Source: Paragordius varius
Lineage: Eukaryota; Animalia; Nematomorpha
Assembly (NCBI GenBank): GCA_964247055.1
Contig: OZ176057.1
Location: 5,642,001-5,706,000 of the forward strand
Length of the DNA stretch: 64,000 nt
Direction: 5' to 3'
Part shown: piece by piece, positions 38,172-50,962 of the stretch
How positions within the stretch are numbered: the stretch's first letter is position 1
Layout: the number at the start of each line of letters is the position of its first letter
Translations under genes and position numbers: made by a program
The notes under the pieces: generated by a model
What the model saw: the letters and a program-made list of their open reading frames with translations, nothing else
The model's database searches: none
Told to the model about the DNA's origin: nothing

Positions 38172-38228
38172 TCACTTTCAATCGTGTTGAGCCTTTTTTA
38201 TCGTTTTTTAAGAACTTATAATGTTGTT

Positions 38229-39095
38229 ATGTCTTCATTACCTGTTTTAAAAGAAACTTTTGTTTCCTATTTACCTAAAACGTTTGCGGAGGAAATGAAA
38301 CAAAGTTATATTCTTGATTCAATCACCGATTCAAATGTTGCAAATGACACTTATTTTGACAAAGAATTGAATGAGTTAAAAACATTAATTTCAACATTAT
38401 CCTCAACATCATCGAATAACGATGAATCAAATAAGGCAGAAATTTATCGTAAAATTTTGGAAACTATAAATTCTTGTTCGGGCACAAGCAAAATAGTAGA
38501 CGATTCAAACACGATGGGTTTTAACCTAAGTAAATTACCTTTTACAAACTCAACAACAGCGGTTTGTGGAAATAGCCCTGAATATATTGATCCGTATGTC
38601 GATTTCTCCGATTTCTATGCTGCCATAAACAATGATTTGAATCAAAAAACGCTTACGACAAACGGACCAATCACTTCTTCTAATGACATAACTTTATCAT
38701 CTACTCGTCAGATGTTTAGTAGTTCTGAATATGATGATGAATATTCTACTGAAAGTAGTAGCTCTTCAGATTCAAATACGTCTGAAATCGTTGAGAATTC
38801 GGAACCAGACCCTAAATTGACAATTAAGCGGAACACCAGTAAAAATAAAAAGACAAAACAACATTGTATGCTGAAAGAGACGACAACCAATTTTTATCAT
38901 GGAAAAGATAGTAGTAACTCATCATCCATTGATAATTTAAAGGCAAAACTCGATAAGGATTATAGTTTAGATATGTGTTGTGGAAGTGTTTTAGGCCAGG
39001 AAGACTCAGGAAAATCCACAAGCAAGCATATGAGAACAGAAATGTTAACTAAACTTAAATCGATCAAAAATGTCTTAAACCTTCCATTTTTCTAG
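38229..39095 (+). CDS. Intronless orphan ORF, ~288 aa, Ser/Asn/Thr/Asp-rich
   Basis: 867-nt stop-free frame from ATG 38229 (MSSLPVLKE...) to TAG 39095 in very AT-rich DNA. The frame is open back to 38148. No recognisable domain. Confidence 0.7.
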   Translation: MSSLPVLKETFVSYLPKTFAEEMKQSYILDSITDSNVANDTYFDKELNELKTLISTLSSTSSNNDESNKAEIYRKILETINSCSGTSKIVDDSNTMGFNLSKLPFTNSTTAVCGNSPEYIDPYVDFSDFYAAINNDLNQKTLTTNGPITSSNDITLSSTRQMFSSSEYDDEYSTESSSSSDSNTSEIVENSEPDPKLTIKRNTSKNKKTKQHCMLKETTTNFYHGKDSSNSSSIDNLKAKLDKDYSLDMCCGSVLGQEDSGKSTSKHMRTEMLTKLKSIKNVLNLPFF

Positions 39096-39964
39096 TCTCT
39101 TTGAATATAATAATAAATTATTACAAAATATACATATGCTTTATTAACGAATTCAAACCCACTAATAAGCGATAAACATACATTGATTAGTTACATCTAA
39201 CCATAATTGCCGTCTTTTAATTGGTCCAATACTTAAAATAAGTTATTTATGATTGGTTTCGTATTTTTTTGGAAAGTCGTAACTCTCTATAGTTTTTTAA
39301 CGAAAACCGAAAAAGTTAAAATGCAGGCAGGTGGATCTTGCTTTTTAAACTAACTTTTTTGGCAGTTTATAAAACATTTTTTTTAAACCTGCTATTTACG
39401 ATTCAACCAACCCCAATAATCAGCTTGTGTTATTATAAATTAAATACCGTTCATAATTTGTACTATAGATACAAAAAAATTGTTTAAGTTCAACCCATTT
39501 GTTGTTTTTACACATACACTACTGTGTTGCCACTTGGCCAACACATATATGTGCACATACTTTATACTTAACATTTATCAATCAGAAGTAAAACACCTTT
39601 TTAAGCAAACCCAATTCTCAAACATTTTCAGTTGTCTTTGCTTGAAAAAATGTTGCGTTTGGTTGGAATAGTGTTGTGACTGAATAGTATAAATATATAT
39701 ATATATTTATATATATGAGTTTGTAGAACTTTCTATCATAGCGATATCTTAGTCTGATTTGATATATGTTGATATCGATTTTGGGTAAATAATTTCTTCT
39801 AATCTTATCAAATTTTTTCAGTCATACTTGATGTTAGTTCGTAAGTGTCTGTGTGAAGTTTGATATACCAAAAAGTATGTTTTGCGGTTTCTTTCTGCAT
39901 TCGTTTACTTAGAGCTTTTTTGAAGGTTGTTTAGTAGTAAGGGGCTGATTTTACAATATATTAA

Positions 39965-40536
39965 GCACACCTCAAATTAACCCTTGAACACTTTAAATTA
40001 ACCCCAGTGTTTTAAAATTTAAAAAAATTACCTGTATCTTTTATTAAAAATGATATTAAATTAACAATTAACATAATACTGAAAAAATAAAAGACTATAT
40101 GCCATAAAGAAATAATTCATATATTAATAATGCGTATTACCTGCCCGAAATTTGAATTGTTGAAGGGTGAATTTGAATTATTCAAGGGGGAATTTGAATT
40201 GTGCGAGGTTGAATTTGAATTATTAGAGGCTACATTTGAGTTGTTCAAGGGTGAATTTTTATTCGAGGGTGATTTGAATCGTTCAAGGGTCAATTTAAAT
40301 AAGGGTACATTTGATGTTTTCAAGGGTAAATTTGAATTTTCCGAGGGTGAAATTGAATTGTTAAAGGGTGAATTTCGGTTATTCAAGGATAAATTTTAAT
40401 TGTTCAAGGGGATATTTCAATTGTTCAAGGGGATAATTCAATTGTTCTAGGGTGAAATTTTATTGTTCAAGTGTGAATATCATTGTTTGAGAATGAATTT
40501 GAATTGTTATAGGGTTTAAACTTGAAGTGTAAATGG
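39965..40536. mobile_element. MITE family A with long, diverged right array
   Basis: ~18 degenerate 21-bp units at 40140-40530, ending GTAAATGG. Confidence 0.75.
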
Positions 40537-40651
40537 GATATCAAGATTTCTTTGTGGGCTTCATAGTTTTAATTAACGTTTATATTCGCATTCAATAACT
40601 ATATGGATGATACAGAGAGCTGTAAGCAATTACTTGGCATGCATACATATA

Positions 40652-40978
40652 CCATTTACAATTCAATATCACCCTTAAACAATTCAAATTCACCCTTGAA
40701 CAACTCAAATTCACCCTCAAACAATTCAAATTCACCCTCAAATAAAATATATGTTTTTTAAGATTAAAATTACCTATATTTTATATATTTTTTAAAAATA
40801 AAAATTTTGTTTTCAATTAAAATAATACTGAAAAAATAATAAATTATACCATAAACATATATTTTATATTAATAATGAGTTATATTAATTCGAAAACACA
40901 TAATTTATTTTTAGGGTGAATTTGAATTGTTCAAGGGTGAATTTGAATTGTTCAAGGGTGAATTTGAACTGTAAATGG
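40652..40978. mobile_element. MITE family A, intact, TA-flanked
   Basis: TA|CCATTTACAATTCAA ... GAACTGTAAATGG|TA, 327 bp. Confidence 0.9.
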
Positions 40979-41329
40979 TATATCATAGCTACATTTTAAA
41001 GAATCATTCAGAAAATAATTATTGGCCCCTAATTTAATCGTCTAACATATTGTAGAATGTAAGTAAAAGTTAATTGAAAGTTCCAATTCTTTACCTGGGT
41101 TTTTATTGCTGTAATAAATAAAAAACTGCATTGTCATTCTTTTACGGAATCAAAATCTCACAATTTAATAACATTTAATAAATAATGTTAAGAAATAGCT
41201 GTGGAGAGCTGTTTTCAATTATAATGGATTAACGATTACGTGTTATTCTTGAAAATTAAAAAAATGAAAATTTGTTTTTTTGTAAATTAATAACCTTTTT
41301 TAAAAATAAGTCACTAATTATAATAAATT

Positions 41330-41640
41330 AAACTTAAAACGGACAAAATTTAAAAATATAAGATAAAATCATTTTTTTTCAAAAAATAACCCCATATTTT
41401 TTTAACCTTAATTATTCCTACATATATAAACTATTTAGTTACAATTATAAGACACTGAATTGATAATTGTGCTTTTAATATATATATACCTCTATTCCAC
41501 CCACACCTTATCATTTTAACAATGAGTTAATAATTTATAAAAATAAATTAAAAAGTATGGGTTTGTTGTCTTTTAGAAAAAAAATGTTTGTTCTTATATT
41601 TTTATCACGTTTTGTTTTCCGGATAATCTTAGTTTGTAAT
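41330..41640. mobile_element. MITE family B (degenerate)
   Basis: AAACGGACAAAATTTAAAAATATAAGAT arm and AAAAGTATGGG..TTGTCTTTTAGAAAAA arm. Confidence 0.55.
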
Positions 41641-41829
41641 GTATAACCTGTAAAGTGGTTTTCAAAAGGTGGGCTTATTATAGAACAAGGGGGGTTTATA
41701 AAAATTTGTAGAATTTTTTTTAAAAATTAATCTCAAAATGAAGGATTTCAGATGCAAATTATTAAGATTTGTAATAACCGATATGGCCAAAAATATTTAT
41801 AAAAATTCAGATATAAGGATATCATTGAT

Positions 41830-42085
41830 TGATTGGGATTTATATACGGTCATGTAATCTTTAATTTATCAAAATTTATTTTTTTTCGTTAAATGGCTAT
41901 ATAAATATTTGTTAAAGAATGGAAAAAACAAGAGCTTTATGGTATTAACAATATCTATCATATTCATCAAAAAAGTATAAGAATTACCATAGAGCTCTTG
42001 TTATTTCCATTCTTTACCAAATATTTATATAGTTATTTAACGAAAGATAAAATAAATTTTTGATAAAATAAAGGATACATGAATT
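41830..42085. mobile_element. Fold-back MITE family F (~95-bp inverted arms)
   Basis: TCATGTAATCTTTAATTTATCAAAAT...CAAGAGCTTTATGGTA / TACCATAGAGCTCTTG...ATTTTGATAAAATAAAGGATACATGA. Second copy at ~44993-45206. Confidence 0.8.
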
Positions 42086-42399
42086 TATTTTACAGTTTAA
42101 TTTATCTTGGATTTTTTGGGCACAATAATTTTTAGTTTCAATTTTGTGGGAGGGCCCTAAACAAAAAAAGGGTTGAAAATCATTTTAAAAATAAAAAAAG
42201 TTTAAAAAAAGTTTATTCCTTCTTTCTTTATTGGAACTTTGAAATTAATTACGCTCAAAAATTTTATAGATAACTCATCATTTATTTAGTTAAATCAACA
42301 AGTTACAACAAATGTAACACAAGTAAAGAATAAATTTAACTTAAATTGCCAATTATCAAATACCTGTAAATACCTTAAGTAAGTTTAAAACATAAAAAA

Positions 42400-42692
42400 C
42401 AGTAAAAAACTGAGATTATACAGACAAAACGTAAAAATTTAATGACTAATATTTTTTATCTAAAAGACAACCCCATACTTATTTAAACCTTAATTTTTCT
42501 TATTGAAATTATATAATTACAATTGTAAAATATATTGATTGTTTAACTCATAACAAATCAATTTCAACTGCTGTGTAATACTATAAGTTATATTAATGAA
42601 TATCAAGATTTAAAAAGTATGTGGTTGCCTTTTAGAAAAAAACATTTGTCTTTACATTTTTACGTTTTGTTTGTATAATTTCAGTTTTTACT
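42400..42692. mobile_element. MITE family B
   Basis: CAGTAAAAAACTGAGATTATACAGACAAAACG ... CGTTTTGTTTGTATAATTTCAGTTTTTACTC. Confidence 0.7.
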
Positions 42693-42844
42693 CAAAGTCA
42701 AAATACATACAAATATAAAAGTTATATATTGTAAAAAAGTTTAAAGAAATATCGCCGACATGCTTTTTACAATTTAGATGAGTAATTTAAAAAGTATTAA
42801 TTATAAGCTAACAGAAAAAGATGCCATTACAGTATGCTTTTCAA

Positions 42845-42975
42845 TGGTTGCTCATTTCTAATTATAGTTGGGCAATTTGCAACATTACAGGAGTATATGG
42901 AAAAAAAGAAAGGGAATAATTGTTTATTCAACCTTTTGTTGTTTTTTTCCATACACTGCTGTGAGGTCTCTACAG
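42845..42975. mobile_element. MITE family C copy
   Basis: Closely similar core to 10211-10372 (GTATATGGAAAAAAAGAAAGGGAATAATTGTTTATTCAACCTTTTGTTG). Confidence 0.65.
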
Positions 42976-43657
42976 TAAGTAAAAACTTTTTTAAAGTAAA
43001 TGAAACACTAATTTTAAGTTATTAGTAATTCCCGCCAGTATATATAGTTTTATATGAGCTTTCGACAATAAATTTTACTTATATGTGAGTATATAATGTA
43101 ATGAAAAATCTAAAATTAGTAATAAATACAGGTGAGATTTTTAACAACAAATTTTAGTTTGTGAAATAAGAACGTATAAAAATCTAAAAGTTACTAATTG
43201 TTACGCTTTAGAACTCAAAAATAAATTGTAGTTTTATATGAAATAAGAATGTCATGAAAAACTTTCTTAAACATTGATACAGTTAAGATTTTTGACAAGA
43301 AATTTTAATTTTATAAAAAATAAAAAATGTAAAATAACTTAAAAATTTACTTAGACATTCGTAACCTGTTCAATTTTATTAAAAAAAATAAAATATTAAA
43401 AAAAGTGCGATTCTTGAAATTATATTGGAGTTTTATATGAAATTAAAAATATAATGAAAAAACTAAAAGTTACTTAGAAATTCGTTACAGTTAAGATTCT
43501 CGACTTAAAATGTAAAACTGAAAGTTAGTAAGGAATTCGAACACCTGTTTTAATATAATAATAATTAAAAAAGTGCGAGACAAATTGTAAAAAAAACTAA
43601 ATAGTTCCTTAGAAATTCGTAGACAGCTGTTAGAAATTTAATAAAAAAAATAAAAAT

Positions 43658-43666
43658 AAAAAAAAA
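43658..43666 (-). terminator. Pol III oligo-T terminator of tRNA-Ile
   Basis: Run of 9 T on the minus strand, 1 nt after the discriminator base. Confidence 0.8.
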
Positions 43667-43667
43667 G

Positions 43668-43755
43668 TGCCCCGGGTGAGGATCGAACTCACAACCTCCG
43701 CATGACTCAATACTATTTATAAGTACGGCGCGCTGACCGGTTGCGCCACCGGGGC
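43668..43755 (-). tRNA. tRNA-Ile(TAT) with 14-nt intron
   Basis: GCCCCGGTGGCGCAACCGGTCAGCGCGCCGTACTTATA[AATAGTATTGAGTC]ATGCGGAGGTTGTGAGTTCGATCCTCACCCGGGGCA. Acceptor stem GCCCCGG/CCGGGGC, anticodon stem CCGTA/TGCGG, A and B boxes; 74 nt mature. Confidence 0.95.
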
Positions 43756-43893
43756 TTGCCAACCTTTGTAAACCTATGGTTTATATATCAGGTGTTAACT
43801 AAATTCCATATGAGTTGGTTTTAGATACGCCACACTTTTATTAATTTGATTTGATTATAATTGAAAAAAAATCTTGTTTTATTACTCGATAAT

Positions 43894-45493
43894 ATGAATT
43901 GGAAGTTGGATACAACATCGTTTGCTAATCTGGCCAATGCCGCCTTTAAAAAGGCCCAAGAGAAAATTGATCAAATGCTAGAAATTGAGGATGAAGATAG
44001 TTTAAACACTACAAGTGAATATTATATTAATGGATATCTGGATGAAAATATGGATATGTATTTACCTCATCAGATCCTGGATGATAATGCTGAATCAGAT
44101 AATAAAAGTGAGGACTTATTAATTCCAAAATCTAATACAGATACAAACTCAGGCTCTCTTATCAATGATCAATCGACTTTAAACAAGTAATTTGAATATT
44201 ATAACATTTATATATAGCCGTCAAACAAAAGCACTGCATAATTCCACAAGTTTAAATGATTTATGTGCAATTCAAACGTCTAAAACCTCAAACTCGTTAC
44301 CTAATATCTTGCAATTGGCAAACGATATTAAAATTCCGCAATTTCCAAATTCTAAAATAACGGCTATTTTAAAATCAAGAAGAAAAAGCTTTTCTTTTAC
44401 TACAAGTTCTGAGTTAGAAATTCTTTCTATGCCGACAACAACCACTGTTGATTCACGTGATACCTCTTCAGAATTTACGAATTTGCCAGAAATTAAATTA
44501 TCAACCTTAGATAATCACGTACTTAAATATTTAATTTACAGTTCAAATTTACCCTTAAACAATTCAGATATACCTTAAAAAATATATGTATTTTTTAAAG
44601 TTGAAAATTACCTATGTTTTTTGTATTTTTTAAAAATGTAATTTGGTTTAAAGTTAATGTAATACTGAAAAACTGATAAACTATGCGCTATAAAAATATA
44701 TTTCCTATTATTAATGGGTTATATTAGCTGCCTGAAAAACACATAATTTATTTTTAGGGTGCATATTTATTGTTCAAGGGTGAATATTATTGTTTAAGGG
44801 TAAGTTTGAATTGTAATTATACAGGCAAAATGTAAAAAAAATAAAGAAATTTTAACAAATACCAGCTCATTTTTTTAAATTTCATTGTTTTGAAACATAA
44901 TTTATTGTTTTAGATTGCAAAGTACATATATAATAGAAAATGAAATTTATAACACAATCAATTAAAATATTTAGTTTACAATTGTAATTAAATTCATATA
45001 TCTTTTAATTTATCAAAAATTTATTTTTTTTCGTTAAATAGGTATAAATATTTTTTTAAAAAATATAAAAAACAAGAACTCTATGGTATTAACTACAATA
45101 TAATTTTCATCAAAAAGTATAAGAATTACCATAGAGCTCTTGTTTTTTCCATTCTTTACCAAATATTTATACCCCCCCATTTAACGAATAGAAATAATTT
45201 TTTGAATAGTTTACAATTGTAATTAAATAATTTATATTTAAAAAAATTTCAAGATTTTAAGAAAATATGGTTGTCGTTTAAAAAAAATTATGTTTTTGAA
45301 GTTTTAAGTTTTGTCCGCATGTTTTTAACAAAAACCTAAAATTTAAACTATGGAATTAAAAAATAGAATCCTAACCCTTTTTTGACAAAATACGAATTGG
45401 AATTTAAATGACTTTATTAACTATTTTTTTGTTTAATGTTGATATTTTATGAAAATTAAATTTTTTCAAAAAAATATCTAATGATACTGTCCT

Positions 45494-45529
<36 letters not shown>

Positions 45530-47378
45530 ATTTACAGTTCAAATTCACCCTTGAACAATTCAAATTCACCCAAAAATAATTATGTGTTTTTTTAAGATTA
45601 TATATCACCCATATTTTTCATATTTATAAAAAAAGAAATTTTATAAGTAATCGATATAATACTGAAAAAATAATAAACTATGCCATAAAGATGTATTTCA
45701 TACTAATTATGAGTTATATTAGTTCGAAAACACACAATTTATTTTTAGGGTGAATTTGAATTGTTTAAAGGTGATTTTGAATTCTTCGAGGGTGAATTTG
45801 AAATGTTTAAGGGTATATTCGAATTGTAGATCATATATTATATATATATATTACTTATATAGCAAAGAAAACAGAACAAAACTCAAATCCCGATGCCAAA
45901 AATGATGGCTAAAACACATTCCTTTAAAACATTCCAACCATATGATCGAAATTTAAATTACAACCAAAGTTTTACTGATCAAAATGAATTAGAAAGTAAC
46001 TGACAATTAAATAAATAATTATTAAAAAATTTTTTTTTAAGGAACAGTTTTTTTTTTAAAAGGAAATATTATCAATTATTTAAATAACGTGCTCATTTTT
46101 TTACAACATATCTTATTTTTTTAAAGATTTTATTTTTATAAAAAAGATTTTATTTTTAAAACTTTTTTAAAATCCATTATTATTATATTATTTTCTAGAA
46201 CTATCCGCCGCTATTTATAAATTATTTAAATAAAGTGATATTTCACCCATATTTTGCAAATCTTATTTTATTTTTAAAAGATCTTATTTTTATATTAAAA
46301 AAGATTTTATTTTTAAAGCTTTTTTTAAAACCCATTATTATTATATTATTTTCTAGAACTATCCACCGTTATAACTGACTCGCATAGCTTTGATAAAGAC
46401 CAAAAAAATGAAAATTGTGAAATTCTTCGAATTCGGGAGGAGCAATTACTTAAAGTTTCTCAAGAAAATGCTAAACTTAAAGAACAAATTAATCATTTAA
46501 AGTATAAAAAAAGATTGAAAAATTCCTTTTAAAAAAATGAAAATACTGCGTTTTGTAAAAGCATTAAATGCTTAATAAAAATTATATAAGCATAAACATT
46601 TTAAGATGATAAATCAATAACCAATTATATGCAATTACGGTTTCAAATTCACCCTTGAACAATTCAAATTCACCTTCAACTTAATATTTACTCATATTTA
46701 TGTAAATTTTAAAAAATAAAATTTTTATTTAAATTAAAATAATGCTGAAAAAATATTAAACTATGCGCCATAAAGATATATAAAAAAGAGCAATAATGAG
46801 TTTATAAGTTTAAAAACACATAATTTGTATTGTTCGAGGGTGAATTTGACTTGTTTAAGGGTGAATTTGAATTGTTCAAGTGTTAATTTTAATTGTTTAA
46901 TGGTAAATTTGAATTGTTCAAGAGTGAATTTGAATTAAGGGTGAATTTGAATTGTTCAAGTGTTAATTTTAATTGTTTAATGGTAAATTTGAATTGTTCA
47001 AGAGTGAATTTGAATTAAGGGTGAATTTGAATTGTTCAAGGGTGAATATGAATTGTTTAAGGGTAAATTTGACTTGTTTAAATTTGAATTTTTGAAAATG
47101 AATTTGAATTGTAAATGGTATATATGGGGTTGACTTTGGCATATAAAAAATAATAAATCTTGGTTATATTAGTTAATTTTTATGCTTTGCAAAGATATTA
47201 TATACTATTTTTGAATAAACAGCCATCTAATTAATTATCTATAAACATCTGAGAATAATTGGAAGAACGGCGCTGCTTAACATGATTTAAATTTGTTTTT
47301 TTTTAATTTATCCTTCTTTTTAATAAAATTCTTTTATATTATAATTTTTATAATATATATATTTAATAATTTTATAAT

Positions 47379-47409
<31 letters not shown>

Positions 47410-50215
47410 TTAATAGATCTATTCATGTACAAGAAATTGATAATTTTAAGAAAGATATGGAAAATCAAAATACGGAACATCAAAATAAACTCACTTTGGT
47501 TAATAAAGTAAGATAATTGAATTTATAAAAATTAAAAATAATTATCTATAAATTAATTATTGATTTTTTATTAAAATATAATTAATTTGAAAAATTATAT
47601 TTTTAGAAAACGCTTGAAATTTAATTTGAAAAATTATTTTAGAAAACGCTTTAAATTTAATTTGAAAAATTATATTTTTAGAAAACTCTTTAAATTTAAT
47701 TTGAAACATTTTAATTTAATTTTAACCTTTTTTTACATTATAAATTTGTTTTATTTTAAATTTTTTACTTTAATACTTTTATTTAGGGGTAAAAAATTAT
47801 AAAAGAAATTTTTTTAAATTTTTTAACATTTAAAATCAAATTGTAAGTTGGTTGATACACACATATATATATATTATTTAATAATAAAAAAATTAATTTA
47901 AATTATAAATTTTTTATAAATATTTTTATTTTTTTTAATAAATTTTATAAATTTATAAAAAAAAGGAAAAAATTTACGTAGAAAAATTGCTTAAAGATGT
48001 TGAAAATGCTAAAAATATGCAAATTGCTCAATTAAATCAATCCTTGAATCAACAAGAACAGCTGATTGTGGAACTTAGATTAGAAGGTTTTTTTAAAATA
48101 AAAATATTTTTTTTTTAAAAAAAATTTTTTTATTTAAATTTATTAATTTTTATATTTTATTAAATTTATTAAAAATGTTATTTTTGGATATTGGTAAAAA
48201 TGTTTATAATAAAATTAAATTTTTTAATTAAAAATGATAAAATTTAATTTTTTGATATATATATATATGTATATAATTAATTTTATTATATTTTTTTAAA
48301 TATATTAGTTTTTTAATTTAATTTTATTTATTAAAAATAATATTTTTTTGCATAAAGATATAATTTTCAATATAATTATTCTAAAGATAAATAATTAATT
48401 TTATTAATTAAAATGATTTAATTTCTAATTTAATATGTGAAATATTAATTTTTAAATTTATTAAAATATTAATTTAGAAATTTATTTTGCAAAATTTTAA
48501 TATTTTATATTAAAGAAATAGTTATAAAATATTTTGAAAATTTTAATTTAAAAATGGTTTTTATGAATTTAGAAATGATATTTTTATTAAATATTATTGA
48601 AAATAGTTTTGAATATTTTTTATTATATTTATTATTTTTCTTGTGATTGAATGACAATCTAATTTTTAACTAAATATATAATATTAAAAATTAAATAAAT
48701 TAATTTTTTTTGAAATATTTTATTTTTTTAATAAAACAAACTGTTTTTATAAAAATTATATTATTTTTTTTATTATAACAAATTTTTAAATATTAATAAT
48801 AAACATTTTGATTTAAAATATTTGTCAAGAATTAGTTATAATTATTTATTTTAGTTTTAAAATTTATCAAAAAATATTTAACATTTTAAAGAAAATATTT
48901 TTATTTTTTTATTTTAAAAATTTTATAGTTATTATTTTTTTAAAAAAGTTAACAAAACAAATTTAATATATCTGCGCCTTTAATTAAAATTTTCAATAAA
49001 ATTATCAATAATATATATGTTTTCAATAAAATTATAAAAAATTTAATTTTTTTTGAAAAAATTTTTTTGAAAAAAATATTTTTCCAGGTGAAAAATTATC
49101 AAAACAAGAATTAAAATCAGCCGGGATTCTCAAGAAAGTTCGAGCTAGGGAAAAGGAATTGGAAAATGCCTTAAATATTTCCAAGTTTTAATTTTATTTT
49201 TTAAAAAAAATTAAAATTTTATTTTTAAAATAAATTTTTTTTAAATAAAATATTTTTTTAAAATAATTATATATTAATTACAAAATGGCGATTTAAATTA
49301 TTTTTATGATGATCAAAAATAAGTTTAATAGGAATATCATTTATATTTAATTAATTTTTTAAAATTAATTACTAATTTTTTACTATTAAATTATTTTAAA
49401 GATATAAATTTCGAATATTTTTAATAAAAATATACTTATAAATTAAAAATATACCAGAATCCAAAATAGAAAATTTAAATATTTAAACTTTTAACTTTTT
49501 TTTAGAATTTTAATGTTTTTAATAATATTATTTATTTTTTTAATATTTTAATATTTTTTAAAAAAAATCCTATTTTTAATTTATAAAACAAATTAGAAGA
49601 AAATAATGAACATTTTAAAAAATTATTTTCAATATTTTGGAATTTATTAATTTAATAAATTTAAAACAATATTATTTTATTAATCCATTATAAAATTTTT
49701 AAATTTAATAAATTAATAATATATTTTTATTATAAAAAAATAATATTTTTAGTAAAAAATTAGAAGAATCGAAAAAAGAAATTGAAAATTTGAAATCGGA
49801 ATTTGATTCCAAAGAAGAACTCGAAGAGGAAAATCATGGTTTTTTAATTTTTATTAATTTTTTTTTTTAAATAATTTTTTTTAATTTTTTCTATTTTTTT
49901 TTTTTATAATTTTAAAACTTTTATTATTTTAGAATTATTTTTATTTATAAAATTAGTAAATTTTAACTTTTTTCTTATTAATTAAAAAAGTCAAACTTTT
50001 ATAATTATTTAAAATTTTTATTTTTGAGTACTACCTATCAATTAATAAAAAAAATTTAAATTTGTTATTTATATTTAATTTTAAAAAAAATTTTTTCATA
50101 TAAAAAATAAATATTACAAATATAATTTATTTTTAATTTTTTTATTTAGAGTTAATGCAACAAATATAATTTATTTTATTAAAAAAACATTTTTAGAAAT
50201 TTTTTTTTCAGTTTA

Positions 50216-50259
<44 letters not shown>

Positions 50260-50902
50260 TAATTTTATATTAATAAATATATTTTATATAATTTTTTATC
50301 AAAATATATTATAATAAATATTTTTTTTATATATATTTTTATTTTTTAATTTATATTTTTTTTTTATCTAGAATTAATGCAATAAATATCATTTTATTAA
50401 TTTATAAAATAAAAAAAATTATAATATTTCTAGGAATTTTATTGTTTTAATTTTTTATATGTTATATATAATGTATTTATTAATATAAATAATTATTATT
50501 AAAATAAATATTATTAAAATTTTTTATATATTTAAATGAAATAATATTTTTATTTAACCATTTTTATAGGGATTTTATTGTTTTTTTTGGTTTTTTTTAT
50601 TTTAATATAAAAAATATAAAACATATTATTAAAATATATCAAAATATATTTTTTTAATAATTTTAAATTTTTTTAATTACAGAATTAAAATTAATGCAAC
50701 AAATGACAACAGATAATCTGGTTTAACAGAAAAATTTTTTTATTGAAAAAAAAATAATTAAAAAAATAATTATAATTAAAAATTTTATATTATTTTTTAT
50801 TTAAAAATTAATTCAATTTATATAATTACATATTAGTAAATTGAAAAAATGCAATTATTTTAAATATTTAAAACTATATATCTAATTTAACTTGAATTTT
50901 AA

Positions 50903-50962
<60 letters not shown>

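Larger units (their letters stand above)
39710..41240 (-). pseudogene. Decayed coding-like relic split by two family A MITEs
   Basis: GC-richer than flanks. Minus-strand open stretches such as KKALSKRMQKETAKHTFWYIKLHTDTYELTSSMTEKI / FDKIRRNYLPKIDINIYQIRLRYRYDRKFYKL, broken by frameshifts and stops. Confidence 0.25.

Noticed and set aside
40590-40612. YMDD motif in the + frame suggesting reverse transcriptase
   Set aside because: Followed by TE rather than hydrophobic residues, in-frame stops just upstream, and no other RT motifs.
43565-43762. ORF MASPGGATGQRAV...
   Set aside because: It is the tRNA-Ile gene read as protein.
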